DNA from: an uncultured Nitrososphaeraceae archaeon | GTDB taxonomy: Archaea > Thermoproteota > Nitrososphaeria > Nitrososphaerales > Nitrososphaeraceae | Reading direction: 5' to 3' | DNA length: 64,000 nucleotides | NCBI GenBank assembly: GCA_963728595.1 | Contig: CAVSLF010000014.1 | Location: forward strand, 39,393-103,392 | In this document: piece by piece, positions 54,777-64,000 of the stretch | Numbering within the stretch: the first letter of the stretch is position 1 | Layout: each line of letters starts with the position of its first letter | The notes under the pieces: generated by a model | The model's database searches: none | Told to the model about the DNA's origin: nothing | What the model saw: the letters and a program-made list of their open reading frames with translations, nothing else | Translations under genes and position numbers: made by a program

Positions 54777-56180
54777 ATATTTCATGCTCAATATTTGGAT
54801 GAATTAAGGACCACCAAGAACTGGACGGTACAATTTACTCTAATTCAGTTCCTATGTGTAGAAACGCCATGGTCAACTAATAAAGATAAGAAGTTATTGT
54901 CAACATTCATAACATTTATTGCAGAGCCATTCATCACACCGCATACTGCAAGTTGTCATATGCCAAACGTTACTAATATGTCCCTCTAGAATATGATGGG
55001 AGAACCCTGTCATAACTATAAACGATCGCACCTAGGCAGGTCTTTATCTAAAAAAATCCACATTTCCATCTATTTGGATTTGACTAGATGAACAATATTA
55101 CAGGAACTCGTACAGCTTCCTGTCCGCATTATCGAATAATGCACGTCCTGTATGTTCCTTTTAACACTAAGTAAAATTTCAATTTGTAATTACTGTAAGT
55201 TTCAAAATTTTAATTTTTTTATATGATTCAAGACTAATCTTACTGCGTTCAATTACTGCTCTCACAAACGATTCTCTTTCAGCTTGTCCTGATAAATAAA
55301 GAAATTATGGCCCTATGACATGAGTCTTAAAATACTTCATGAATTAATCCACGTTGGAAAAGTAGTCATCTAGGTAAGAGAATCATATTTGATTTCTTCA
55401 ATCCTAACTGATCCAGTTTATTAATTTCTGGCGCTCTTTCTAAATGCCAAGATATCTATCCATCTTGATACTTATTGAAATCGTACCCTGTCTAACCCTG
55501 TCCGATATCTCGAGGGATTATACCAATATTCCTTCACATTCTTATTGGTTCATTATCATACCGTGCTGTTTAAGGAGCTACCAAAAATTCGTAAACTATC
55601 GTATATCATCTAGCTCTAGATTTCAATGTGTGTTTGCATTTGAAATCCTCGTTTCAACTTGCATTGGTAGAATTACTTGAGAAAATGTCGATTACAATGA
55701 CTTCAAAATTTTAACCTAGCTAGATTTCTTTTGCTTATGAACCGCACTGGGATCTATGTCTATGACATAAACAAAATTTTTGGGAACTTTACCGAAAAAA
55801 AGTTGATTAGTCTGCATGACCACAAATTACATCTAATACAACTTCGTATTCGTCCAATCTAACCAATTCAAGAACTTCGAGGCCCCATAATTCTTGGATG
55901 GCTGATTGAATATGACATGATAACGTATCGGAATGATTACCAAATATATCAAAACATCAGAATTCGGTGTCAACGCGCCGGTAATTAGGTGTAATTGCCT
56001 ATGATACTCTGAAATACGCTCAAATGAGCCAGAAATACAGTCAGTTCATGACTGAATGAGTTCTAATAAATTCTGCTTAGAAATTAGAATCTTTTCGCAA
56101 CCACTTACGACAAGTATATCTTTTTATCAAGCATTGTCCCCAAAATAGCCATTAGGTTGAAAGGGGTTTAGACAGGTTTT

Positions 56181-57821
56181 ATGGGATTTAAGATGCGATA
56201 TTTAGAACTCAAAAGGAAGGTGAGGGATGTAAGAATGCTTGCAATCCAAGCTATAGCAGAGGCAGGTTCCGGTCACCCGGGGGCGTCATTTTCTGCTGCT
56301 GAAATAATGGGTGCCCTCTACTTCCATAAGATGAGGCATGACCCATCCCGACCATTGTGGGATGACAGGGACTACTTCATAAACTCTAAGGCACATTCCG
56401 CTCCAGGATTCTATGCTGCCCTTGCTGTCGCTGGTTACATAGATTTCGAAGAAGTGAAGACATTGAGAAAACTTGGGTCCCGCCTTCAGGGCCATCCAGT
56501 TAGGTATTCAGAATTACAGAAACATCACAGCTTTCCGGGTATTGAATATTCAGGTGGATCTGAAGGTATCGGATTATCGGTGTCTATAGGCATAGCAATT
56601 GCCAAGAAATCCGATGGTAAGCGAAATCGAATTTATACGTTGATTGGAGATGGAGAATCAAATGAAGGACAGATTTGGGAAGCTGCCATGTCGGCCCCGA
56701 AGTTCAGGCTTAACAATCTTGTCACAATTTTGGATAGAAACAAAATACAGCAAGACGGTTTCACTGAAGAAATAATGCCACTCGACCCTGTTCGCGACAA
56801 ATGGATGGCATTTAACTGGAATGTTTTTGAGGTTGACGGACACAAGATTGAGCAGTTAATTGATGCTTTGAACAGAGTGGAGAGGTTAGAGGACAAACCG
56901 TCAATTATTATAGCCAATACTGTGAAAGGGAACGGTATAAAACATATGGCAAACAACCCGCAATGGCATGGAAGGGCACCGCCAAGGAAACATACGCCTA
57001 TACTGTTAGAAGAACTGCAAAGTGAGGTAATGATCGCACCATCGATTATTGCGGGAGAACGAGAAAATTATGAAGAAAAGGTACGTAAGGCAGAACGTGG
57101 AGGTGCTGACCTCATTCATCTTGATGTTATGGATGGAAAATTTGTTCCAAATACAACATTTTTTGCTAACAAAATAAGGGATCTTCGAAAAATTACGAGT
57201 CTGCCTTTTGATGCCCACTTAATGATCGAAGAACCACTGAAACATATTCAAGATTACATCGAAGCACGCTGTGACATAATAACCATCCATGCAGAGGTCT
57301 GTAATGAAGGTGAATTTCTAGACATAAACGAAAATCTATTAAAAGCTGGAATTAGTCCTGGCGTCGCAATAAATCCTGATACAAAATTTCCATCATGGCT
57401 GTATAAACATCTTGATAGAATCGATGTTGTAATAATAATGTCAGTTAATCCAGGATTTGCAGGTCAAAAGTTCATCCCCGATAGTCTTGACAAAATGGCC
57501 GAAATATCTAAAGAATTGAAAAAGCACAATTATCATGGCTACATTGAAGCAGACGGTGGTATAGACTCAACAAACCTCCAGCAAGTTTTTGACGCGGGAG
57601 CTAGGATAATGGTTGCAGGGAATGCAGTTTACGGGTCTGCAGATATAAATTCCAATATAATCCAATTAAGACATAAGGCAAATGTTGCACTAGAAAGAAA
57701 ATTATTGGAAATTGCAACTATAAAGGATATTCGTAATGACTGGATGAAAACACGTAAACATATATTGATTCCATTGGCAAATGAGTTGGGAATAGAGGAG
57801 GAACTCCATGCAATTAAGTAG
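56181..57821 (+). CDS. transketolase N-terminal subunit fused to ribulose-phosphate 3-epimerase
   Basis: SGHPG, LQGHP, GDGESNEG then APSII, HLDVMDG, DAHLM, MSVNPGFAGQKF, DGG. Confidence 0.93.
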   Translation: MGFKMRYLELKRKVRDVRMLAIQAIAEAGSGHPGASFSAAEIMGALYFHKMRHDPSRPLWDDRDYFINSKAHSAPGFYAALAVAGYIDFEEVKTLRKLGSRLQGHPVRYSELQKHHSFPGIEYSGGSEGIGLSVSIGIAIAKKSDGKRNRIYTLIGDGESNEGQIWEAAMSAPKFRLNNLVTILDRNKIQQDGFTEEIMPLDPVRDKWMAFNWNVFEVDGHKIEQLIDALNRVERLEDKPSIIIANTVKGNGIKHMANNPQWHGRAPPRKHTPILLEELQSEVMIAPSIIAGERENYEEKVRKAERGGADLIHLDVMDGKFVPNTTFFANKIRDLRKITSLPFDAHLMIEEPLKHIQDYIEARCDIITIHAEVCNEGEFLDINENLLKAGISPGVAINPDTKFPSWLYKHLDRIDVVIIMSVNPGFAGQKFIPDSLDKMAEISKELKKHNYHGYIEADGGIDSTNLQQVFDAGARIMVAGNAVYGSADINSNIIQLRHKANVALERKLLEIATIKDIRNDWMKTRKHILIPLANELGIEEELHAIK

Positions 57822-58782
57822 TGAAAGAAAGCTTGCAGACATGAGATCTGCCTATGGTGACGCTCTAATTGAACTTGGACTAAATGATCAGAATGTTGTT
57901 TGTGTCGGAGCCGATACTACTGATTCACTCAAAACAAAAAAATTTGGAGATAAATTTCCAACAAGATTATATAATGTTGGCATAGCTGAGGCCAATCTTG
58001 TATCGATAGCGGCTGGTCTCTCTATTGCAGGAAAAGTAGTGTTTGCCAGTACATATGCAGCATTTTTACCCGGAAGATGTCTTGACCAAATTCGCAATAC
58101 AATATGCTATCCCTTTCTTAATGTTAAACTCGTGGTTTCACACGCAGGACTCACTGTCGGACCTGATGGGGCATCGCATCAACAAATTGAAGATATATCT
58201 ATTATGAGAACAATACCAAATATGAGAGTACTAGTACCATGTGATGCAATAACCGTAAAACATTTGATACCACTTATTGCTAAAACTCCCGGCCCTTTTT
58301 ATATGCGTCTAGCACGGCCGTCAAGCAACTTGGTGTATGATGAACATGTGAATTCCTTTGAGATTGGAAAAGCAAGTGTTCTTCGGGATGGCTCTGACGC
58401 AACTATTATTGCTTGTGGTCTTATGGTTACAGAAGCGCTCAAGGCTGCAGAAATACTTCAAAGAGATTACAGTCTATGTTGTAGAGTAATAGACATGTAT
58501 TCAATCAAACCAATAGACGCTCAAATTATATATCAAGCGGCGATAGAAACGGGACTCATAATAACTATCGAGGAACATAATGTAATTGGAGGGCTTGGCA
58601 GTGCGGTTACAGAAGTTACGTCAGAAAGTTATCCTGTTGTGGTAAAGAGAATGGGTGTCTCTGATATATTTGGTGAGTCTGCACGTGATGAGGAAATAGA
58701 GGAACTGCTGGATAAATACGGTTTAACTTCCAATCATATCGTGGAAGTAGTTCTTGAAACGAGGAGAAAAACAAAGAAATGA
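57808..58782 (+). CDS. transketolase C-terminal (pyrimidine-binding) subunit
   Basis: NVGIAE, GPDGASHQ, YMRLAR, TIEEHN. Confidence 0.95.
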   Translation: MQLSSERKLADMRSAYGDALIELGLNDQNVVCVGADTTDSLKTKKFGDKFPTRLYNVGIAEANLVSIAAGLSIAGKVVFASTYAAFLPGRCLDQIRNTICYPFLNVKLVVSHAGLTVGPDGASHQQIEDISIMRTIPNMRVLVPCDAITVKHLIPLIAKTPGPFYMRLARPSSNLVYDEHVNSFEIGKASVLRDGSDATIIACGLMVTEALKAAEILQRDYSLCCRVIDMYSIKPIDAQIIYQAAIETGLIITIEEHNVIGGLGSAVTEVTSESYPVVVKRMGVSDIFGESARDEEIEELLDKYGLTSNHIVEVVLETRRKTKK

Positions 58783-59441
58783 AGATCTTTCTTGATACTG
58801 CAAATATCGAATCCATAAAACGGTATAATGATATGGGGGCGGTTGATGGAGTAACTACAAATCCTACTCTTTTGTCTAAAGAAAAAGGACATCCAGCAGA
58901 AATTATGAGAGAAATCACGAAGCTTATCAAGGGTCCTGTCAGCCTTGAAGTCGTTGGTATAGAAACGGACGGAATGATAGAAGAAGCACATCGTTTAACA
59001 AAGTTTGGTCCTAATGTAGTTGTAAAAATTCCAATGATCCCTGAGGGACTGAAAGCAGTTAGACAGCTTCGTGAAGAGGGCATTAAGACAAATGTTACGC
59101 TAATCTTTTCATCAAATCAAGCTCTCCTTGCAGCCAAGGCAGGAGCTTCTTATGTAAGTCCGTTTATTGGAAGAATTGATGACATTGGCCATGATGGCAT
59201 GGAAATCATCAAAGAAATAGTCCAGATTTTCACTAATTATAAATTTGACACAGAAGTTCTAGTCGCGAGCGTAAGGCACCCGGTTCATGTAGTAGAAGCT
59301 GCAAAAATTGGAGCGCACATTGTAACTTTGCCACCAGAGATACTGGGTAAGATGATGTTGCATCCGCTAACAGAAAAGGGGCTGAATTCCTTTCTATCTG
59401 ACTGGGAGAAGATCACTAAACAATATCAAGTTACTTTCTAA
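58779..59441 (+). CDS. tal: transaldolase (FSA/TalC type)
   Basis: FLDTAN, GVTTNP, VVKIP, NVTLIFS, SPFIGR. Confidence 0.95.
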   Translation: MKIFLDTANIESIKRYNDMGAVDGVTTNPTLLSKEKGHPAEIMREITKLIKGPVSLEVVGIETDGMIEEAHRLTKFGPNVVVKIPMIPEGLKAVRQLREEGIKTNVTLIFSSNQALLAAKAGASYVSPFIGRIDDIGHDGMEIIKEIVQIFTNYKFDTEVLVASVRHPVHVVEAAKIGAHIVTLPPEILGKMMLHPLTEKGLNSFLSDWEKITKQYQVTF

Positions 59442-59457
59442 ACAGGTCGATCCATCG

Positions 59458-61041
59458 TTAAATCTGTAACAGAGACAATACCTTACGGGGGATATCGTGT
59501 AGTCTGCTTACAGCCAAAGTTTTTTCAAATTCCAAACCTTTTAGGTTATGTCCAATATTCACTGCACTATTGACATTTTTGCCTAGTCCAATCCCCACCA
59601 TGCGTATTCCCATCATCTTGTAACTGGTAACTGCTGATCTTACTGCCCCGTAATCGGCCGGTTCTCCATCAGTAAGTGTTATCAGGATATCTGGCCTGAA
59701 CATTTTCATTACTGGCAATAACAGGTTATAGATCTCCGCGAGGGGTGTCCCTCCACTTGCCTTGATCTGAGCTAAATTTCGTGCATTAATAGAGGACCAT
59801 TTTTCTTCAGGTCGTTTTATGATCCAACATTTAACCTTCCTCTCCTTGGTGCTGAACGCGTAGACCGCAAAACTAACTCCGAGGAATTTTAGAGATTCAC
59901 ACAAAGCTATGGTAGCCTTTTTGTATTCGATCTCTTCATCCTCGATACTACTGGAGTGATCGAGCAATAGAGCAATTTTTGTTTTGACAGAGAGTTTGAA
60001 GTCGGTGAAAAAGGGTTTGGGTTGTGATTCCAATACTGCATCAGTGTCCAAATCATCTCCTCTTTCATCATGCATTTCAATCCATCCACTCTTCCAATAT
60101 CTTACCGCAGCCTTCAGTCTTGTAATAAGATCGTTATCGTATATGGCTCTCTCATCAACGGCTAGACTATCTGGCGAAGACAAACCAAATTCTTCCAAGC
60201 TCGCATAACCTTTACTTTCCGAACGCTTACTTTCTCGTGCTAAACTTTCAAATTCCTTAAGCAGCTGGGCTCCGTCGACTATGGATTTCACAATTTGGCC
60301 ATCTTTTTCCTTGTTTTTTGTCTTGACTATTCTTTCGACTTGTTTCATTAAGTCGCTTTGAGAAAGCGAGAAGCCGATTCTCGATCTGGGGGCAATTAGA
60401 GGAATAGTTATCAATGGATTTATCTGAAGTAATTTGACAATTTGTGGAACCTGTTGCTCTATCCAATCAGTACTCCTATTATTGTAAAGGGCATCTTTAA
60501 CCACGGCATTGGCAAAATCAACAGCCTTGTGCACGCGTTCTAATTCACCTCCAAATAATTCTCCTTTTATGTATCCTGTCAGCAGGTATTGAGAAAACGC
60601 TTCAATGATCTTTTGTTTGCCGTATAATGCATTTAGTAGAGGTCGAGATAACCACGAAATTCCCTCATTGAATATAACCTCCTTTTCCATACCTTCCCAT
60701 TCCCCAAGACCCAGAATCTCAATTCTCTTGCTTTCTAATGTATTGAGGATAAATCCAAAGGCGAGGTCATAGCTGAGAACTTTGGTAGAATATGCGATCC
60801 TCATTGATTCATACCATAGTGCCGCCCTCCATTGTCTGTATTTCTGAAATTCAGTTCCCAGATAATAATTCAGGGAAGGTAAAGAGATTGTGAAGTTTTG
60901 AATGTTGACAAAGGGTATGGCGCCATCTTTCAGTGTGACGATAGTGTTGGGATTTCCAGACCAACGTCTCGCTAAAAAAGTACCTATGTTAATAAGAACA
61001 TCATTGCGCATCACAAAGCGTTGTTTATAATCAACTGACAA
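59458..61041 (-). CDS. vWA-domain protein (NorD/CbbO/CobT-like)
   Basis: MIDAS elements DHSSS, GGTP, LTDG. Confidence 0.88.
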   Translation of the reverse strand: MSVDYKQRFVMRNDVLINIGTFLARRWSGNPNTIVTLKDGAIPFVNIQNFTISLPSLNYYLGTEFQKYRQWRAALWYESMRIAYSTKVLSYDLAFGFILNTLESKRIEILGLGEWEGMEKEVIFNEGISWLSRPLLNALYGKQKIIEAFSQYLLTGYIKGELFGGELERVHKAVDFANAVVKDALYNNRSTDWIEQQVPQIVKLLQINPLITIPLIAPRSRIGFSLSQSDLMKQVERIVKTKNKEKDGQIVKSIVDGAQLLKEFESLARESKRSESKGYASLEEFGLSSPDSLAVDERAIYDNDLITRLKAAVRYWKSGWIEMHDERGDDLDTDAVLESQPKPFFTDFKLSVKTKIALLLDHSSSIEDEEIEYKKATIALCESLKFLGVSFAVYAFSTKERKVKCWIIKRPEEKWSSINARNLAQIKASGGTPLAEIYNLLLPVMKMFRPDILITLTDGEPADYGAVRSAVTSYKMMGIRMVGIGLGKNVNSAVNIGHNLKGLEFEKTLAVSRLHDIPRKVLSLLQI

Positions 61042-61042
61042 T

Positions 61043-61852
61043 TCAGGAAGCGAATATAGAAGTTATCATGTCCATGACTTTCCTATATTCCACCTCACCC
61101 CACTGCTCATAAACATTGGCATATATCGCCTCTGCAGCTTCCTTTGCTGTAACACCTTCTCTTATGAGCTTTGCAAACGCAATTGATTCCCTAAGGCTGG
61201 GACTATAGTAAAGCTCTTCAAGAGATGCAGCTTCCCTTAAACCGTTTGCCAACTTAAACGCACGTTCTAGCTCTCTTTCTTCAAGAGTAGTAACACTAAC
61301 ATGATTTTTTACAATTTGCATTTCGATATCCTTCGGGGGATAATCCAGTCTAATTCTTACAGGAAACCGGCTCAATATCTGCGGTGGAAGTTCTTTGGTG
61401 CCTGCGTGGGACAATGGATTTATCGTTGCTATGACAAACCAATCTTGGGAAGCCTTTATTACTTGTCCCTCTGCCTCTTTCAAAATGATTTGACGTCTAT
61501 CATCGAGTGCCTCATCAAGGCGTAAAAGGACATCAGCTTCAGCAGCATTTAATTCATCCAAATAAAGAATTCCACCATTTTTCATTGATTTGATCAATAT
61601 CCCTTCTACAAAACTGATCTCTCCTTGATTCATTGTTTTAGAGCCAACTAAATGAGATTCCCTTGTTCGAAGACTGAAGTTAACAGAATGAAGCTCTTTG
61701 TGGAGATCCGATGCGAATTTCCTAACAAGACTAGTCTTTCCTGTTCCTTTAGGACCAATTATAAGTACAAATAAGGAAGCTTTGTGAGCCTTCCTTAATA
61801 TGTTGAATGAGTTATTCCAATCCAAGTAAATCATATCTGTATTGGCCATCAT
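61043..61852 (-). CDS. MoxR-family AAA+ ATPase (CbbQ/NirQ/NorQ type)
   Basis: GPKGTGKT, LYLDELN, ATINP, SRF, SPSLRE. Confidence 0.93.
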   Translation of the reverse strand: MMANTDMIYLDWNNSFNILRKAHKASLFVLIIGPKGTGKTSLVRKFASDLHKELHSVNFSLRTRESHLVGSKTMNQGEISFVEGILIKSMKNGGILYLDELNAAEADVLLRLDEALDDRRQIILKEAEGQVIKASQDWFVIATINPLSHAGTKELPPQILSRFPVRIRLDYPPKDIEMQIVKNHVSVTTLEERELERAFKLANGLREAASLEELYYSPSLRESIAFAKLIREGVTAKEAAEAIYANVYEQWGEVEYRKVMDMITSIFAS

Positions 61853-61897
61853 CGTAAGTCAGTTCCTCATGTTGTAAATAAAAACTAATGGTATAAA

Positions 61898-63311
61898 CTA
61901 AGTATGTGAGGATAGGATGATTTTCTTGTTATTTAAGTAGTCAGTGAGCAGTATTTTGTCAATGTCTGCAGGGTTAATGTAGTAAGAGCGGCCTTTGACT
62001 AATCTCTCTAATTCGTTAACATAGCTCAGCAGAGAATCTTCTTCGCTGATCATGATGGTGTCAATTTCAATGCCTGTGTTACGGCACTTCCTCGCCTCTA
62101 GAATGGTTTTTTCTCCAATGTACTGATCAACTTGTCTGTACCGATAGCACAGATATACTGTTCTGCCAGATGATGTATCAAGGACCATGTCCAGATTTTT
62201 CTTTACTGCATCTAGTGTCTTTGTTTCAGGAGCATAAAATTGAGAATATGGTCTTTGGGACAATATTTTTTCTCTTTCATCAGGGGTATCGACAAAGCAA
62301 GCACTAGGATGTCCATCAGTGACCATTACTATTCGTTTGTTAACTGATCCGTCTTTTTGGAGTACCTTTCTCGCTAATCTAAAAGCGGCCTGATAATTTG
62401 TGTAGTGTAAGAAATCTGATCCAGGTTCAAATGTCTTAAGATATGGTATATCAAATGGGGACACTTTTGAAGCTAAGGCTCCAAATCCAATTATGTAAAT
62501 CGAATCAGATGAAAAGTATTTTTGGTTTAGAAAATACAAACTCCATAAAGCACGTTTTGCTGCCTTCAATTCTGCTCATGTCTCCATACATAGTAGAATA
62601 TCTCATTGTAGAACTAAGGTCGATACAATATACAACAGACATTCTAACGTCTTGTTTCGTTTCGTATTCCTCTAAGTCATCTATCGTAATTTCCACAGGG
62701 ATGGAGATCTTCTGTTTTGTTTTAGACATTCTCTCTATCGCATTCAACATGCTCTTCGGTACATTTAGGAGTCTGATGTCGTTTCCAGCCTCATACTTTT
62801 TAGTGGTATCGAAGAGTAACGAACCACTACCAACATGTGTGGTTTCATGCATACCAGAATCTGCATTTTTCAGTGCCTTCATTACGTCATGAAGTAACCT
62901 TCCTCCTACTGCTAGAAATCCTTTTTTACTCAGCCATTTACTGGAATCCTTCAAATATCCCTTACGCTCAAGCTCTGCGATTATGGATACCGAGGTTTGA
63001 CTAGTATCTATTGTTGAATCATTGTATTTTTCGTTTACATTTGTTCCACCATTGTCTGAATATCCCATTTGCTCCCTTGTAGCCTGCAGCTTTGTTTCAA
63101 TATCATCAAGGCTGGGTGATTCATCTCTCATTATCTCTCGACCAATTAATTCCAAGTATTTGTTCAGCAAATTGTTGGGAATAGAATCCTGTGATCTATT
63201 ACTATCGTAATTATTACTGTATTCTGATTCTTTCAATAATTTACTGATGCCGAAATAGGTGAATCTTTTGATACTTTCCTCGTAGTTAAACGCTGACGCT
63301 GGAGCTGACAT
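61898..63311 (-). CDS. vWA-domain protein, +1 frameshift near 62566
   Basis: DLSSTMRY...SRIE|AAKRAL...TNYQAA...VTDGHP split between frames. Confidence 0.85.
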
Positions 63312-64000
63312 ACAATCCGTCCTTTCGTTCTATTAACGGTGGATCTATGAATCTGAGTCCTTCCAAAACCAATTCTGCCACAGATGCAGTAAATTCTGAA
63401 TCGTTCTGTTTGCCTGTGGAGATGTATGGCATTTCTATTCGATGTTTTTTCGCGTTTTCCTCAAAGCGTTTTTGCTCTTCAAAAACTTTTCTTGATACTA
63501 TTCCTACAATCTCTTTTAATACTGGAAATTTTTCTATTTGCAATTCATAACTTTGGATAGAGGCATTATATCCTCCAGGAATGTCTTGCGAGGCTTGAAA
63601 ATTTCTACCATCTTTGAATTCATCCTTTAATCTCATCAGTTTTTCAGGCTGAATATCTGTAAGATACGATGTAGAGATCTTCTTTATTGCCTCTAAGATG
63701 ATGGAATCCAATATCTTTTTTCTATTCTCAAATGTATCATCAATTTCAGCTCAGCTCGAACTTTGCCGTCTGATGGATACAATGAAGGTCACTGAATCTG
63801 GGGATTACCCTAGCCGTGTAGAGAAAACCTCGTGTCCTTTCGGCCTCGGATACTACTATCTCAAAGGAATGTATAGACATCCTCACGCTCACTCCTTTGT
63901 CATGATTGATTTCTGAGTGCGCACGTGCTATGTGCGAAATTTCGGAAAGTGTTTGCAGAATATAGACTGGAACGAACACATTGGTTAGATCAAAGACCCG
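63286..64000 (-). CDS. C-terminal part of a chelatase-like/MoxR AAA+ ATPase (5' truncated; +1 frameshift near 63750)
   Basis: GVSVRMSIHSFE sensor-II-like motif, ELVLEGL C-terminus; overlaps the vWA gene. Confidence 0.7.

Noticed and set aside
54735-54989. 84-aa ORF
   Set aside because: Starts inside tRNA-Thr; spurious
54990-56150. 1.1-kb gap after tRNA-Thr as an integrated element or pseudogene
   Set aside because: No integrase, att duplication or recognisable protein fragments

Overview
AT-rich chromosomal segment of a soil-type ammonia-oxidising archaeon (Nitrososphaerales, inferred from the AmoA/AmoB sequences, TFB, archaeal ribosomal and RNase P genes, and BHB-type tRNA introns). The left half (1-35 kb) is accessory: msrAB, two TRAM genes, an amt/P-II pair, ferritin-like, NUDIX, RTX-repeat proteins, a flavin disulfide reductase, Lrp, TFB, a glycosyltransferase, NikR-like, a Vgb-like propeller, several Zn-finger microproteins and pseudogenes. 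The right half is core: rps3ae/RNase P subunits, serS-pcc1-DHH-rps15, an ammonia monooxygenase cluster (probable amoZ, probable amoY, amoB, amoX, amoA; no amoC), OFOR alpha/beta, aconitase, pdxST, tRNAs, a tkt-rpe fusion/tkt/tal operon and two AAA+/vWA pairs. Most notable unannotated signals: (1) a GC-rich, multi-stem candidate ncRNA with its own TATA box inside the AMO cluster, converging on amoB; (2) a 51-aa, 9-Cys microprotein ending in Gly-Gly just after amoA; (3) a box C/D sRNA after pop5; (4) a tRNA-Leu with two introns. Seven genes (most of them recognisably conserved) carry single-base +1 frameshifts, most likely sequencing indels.
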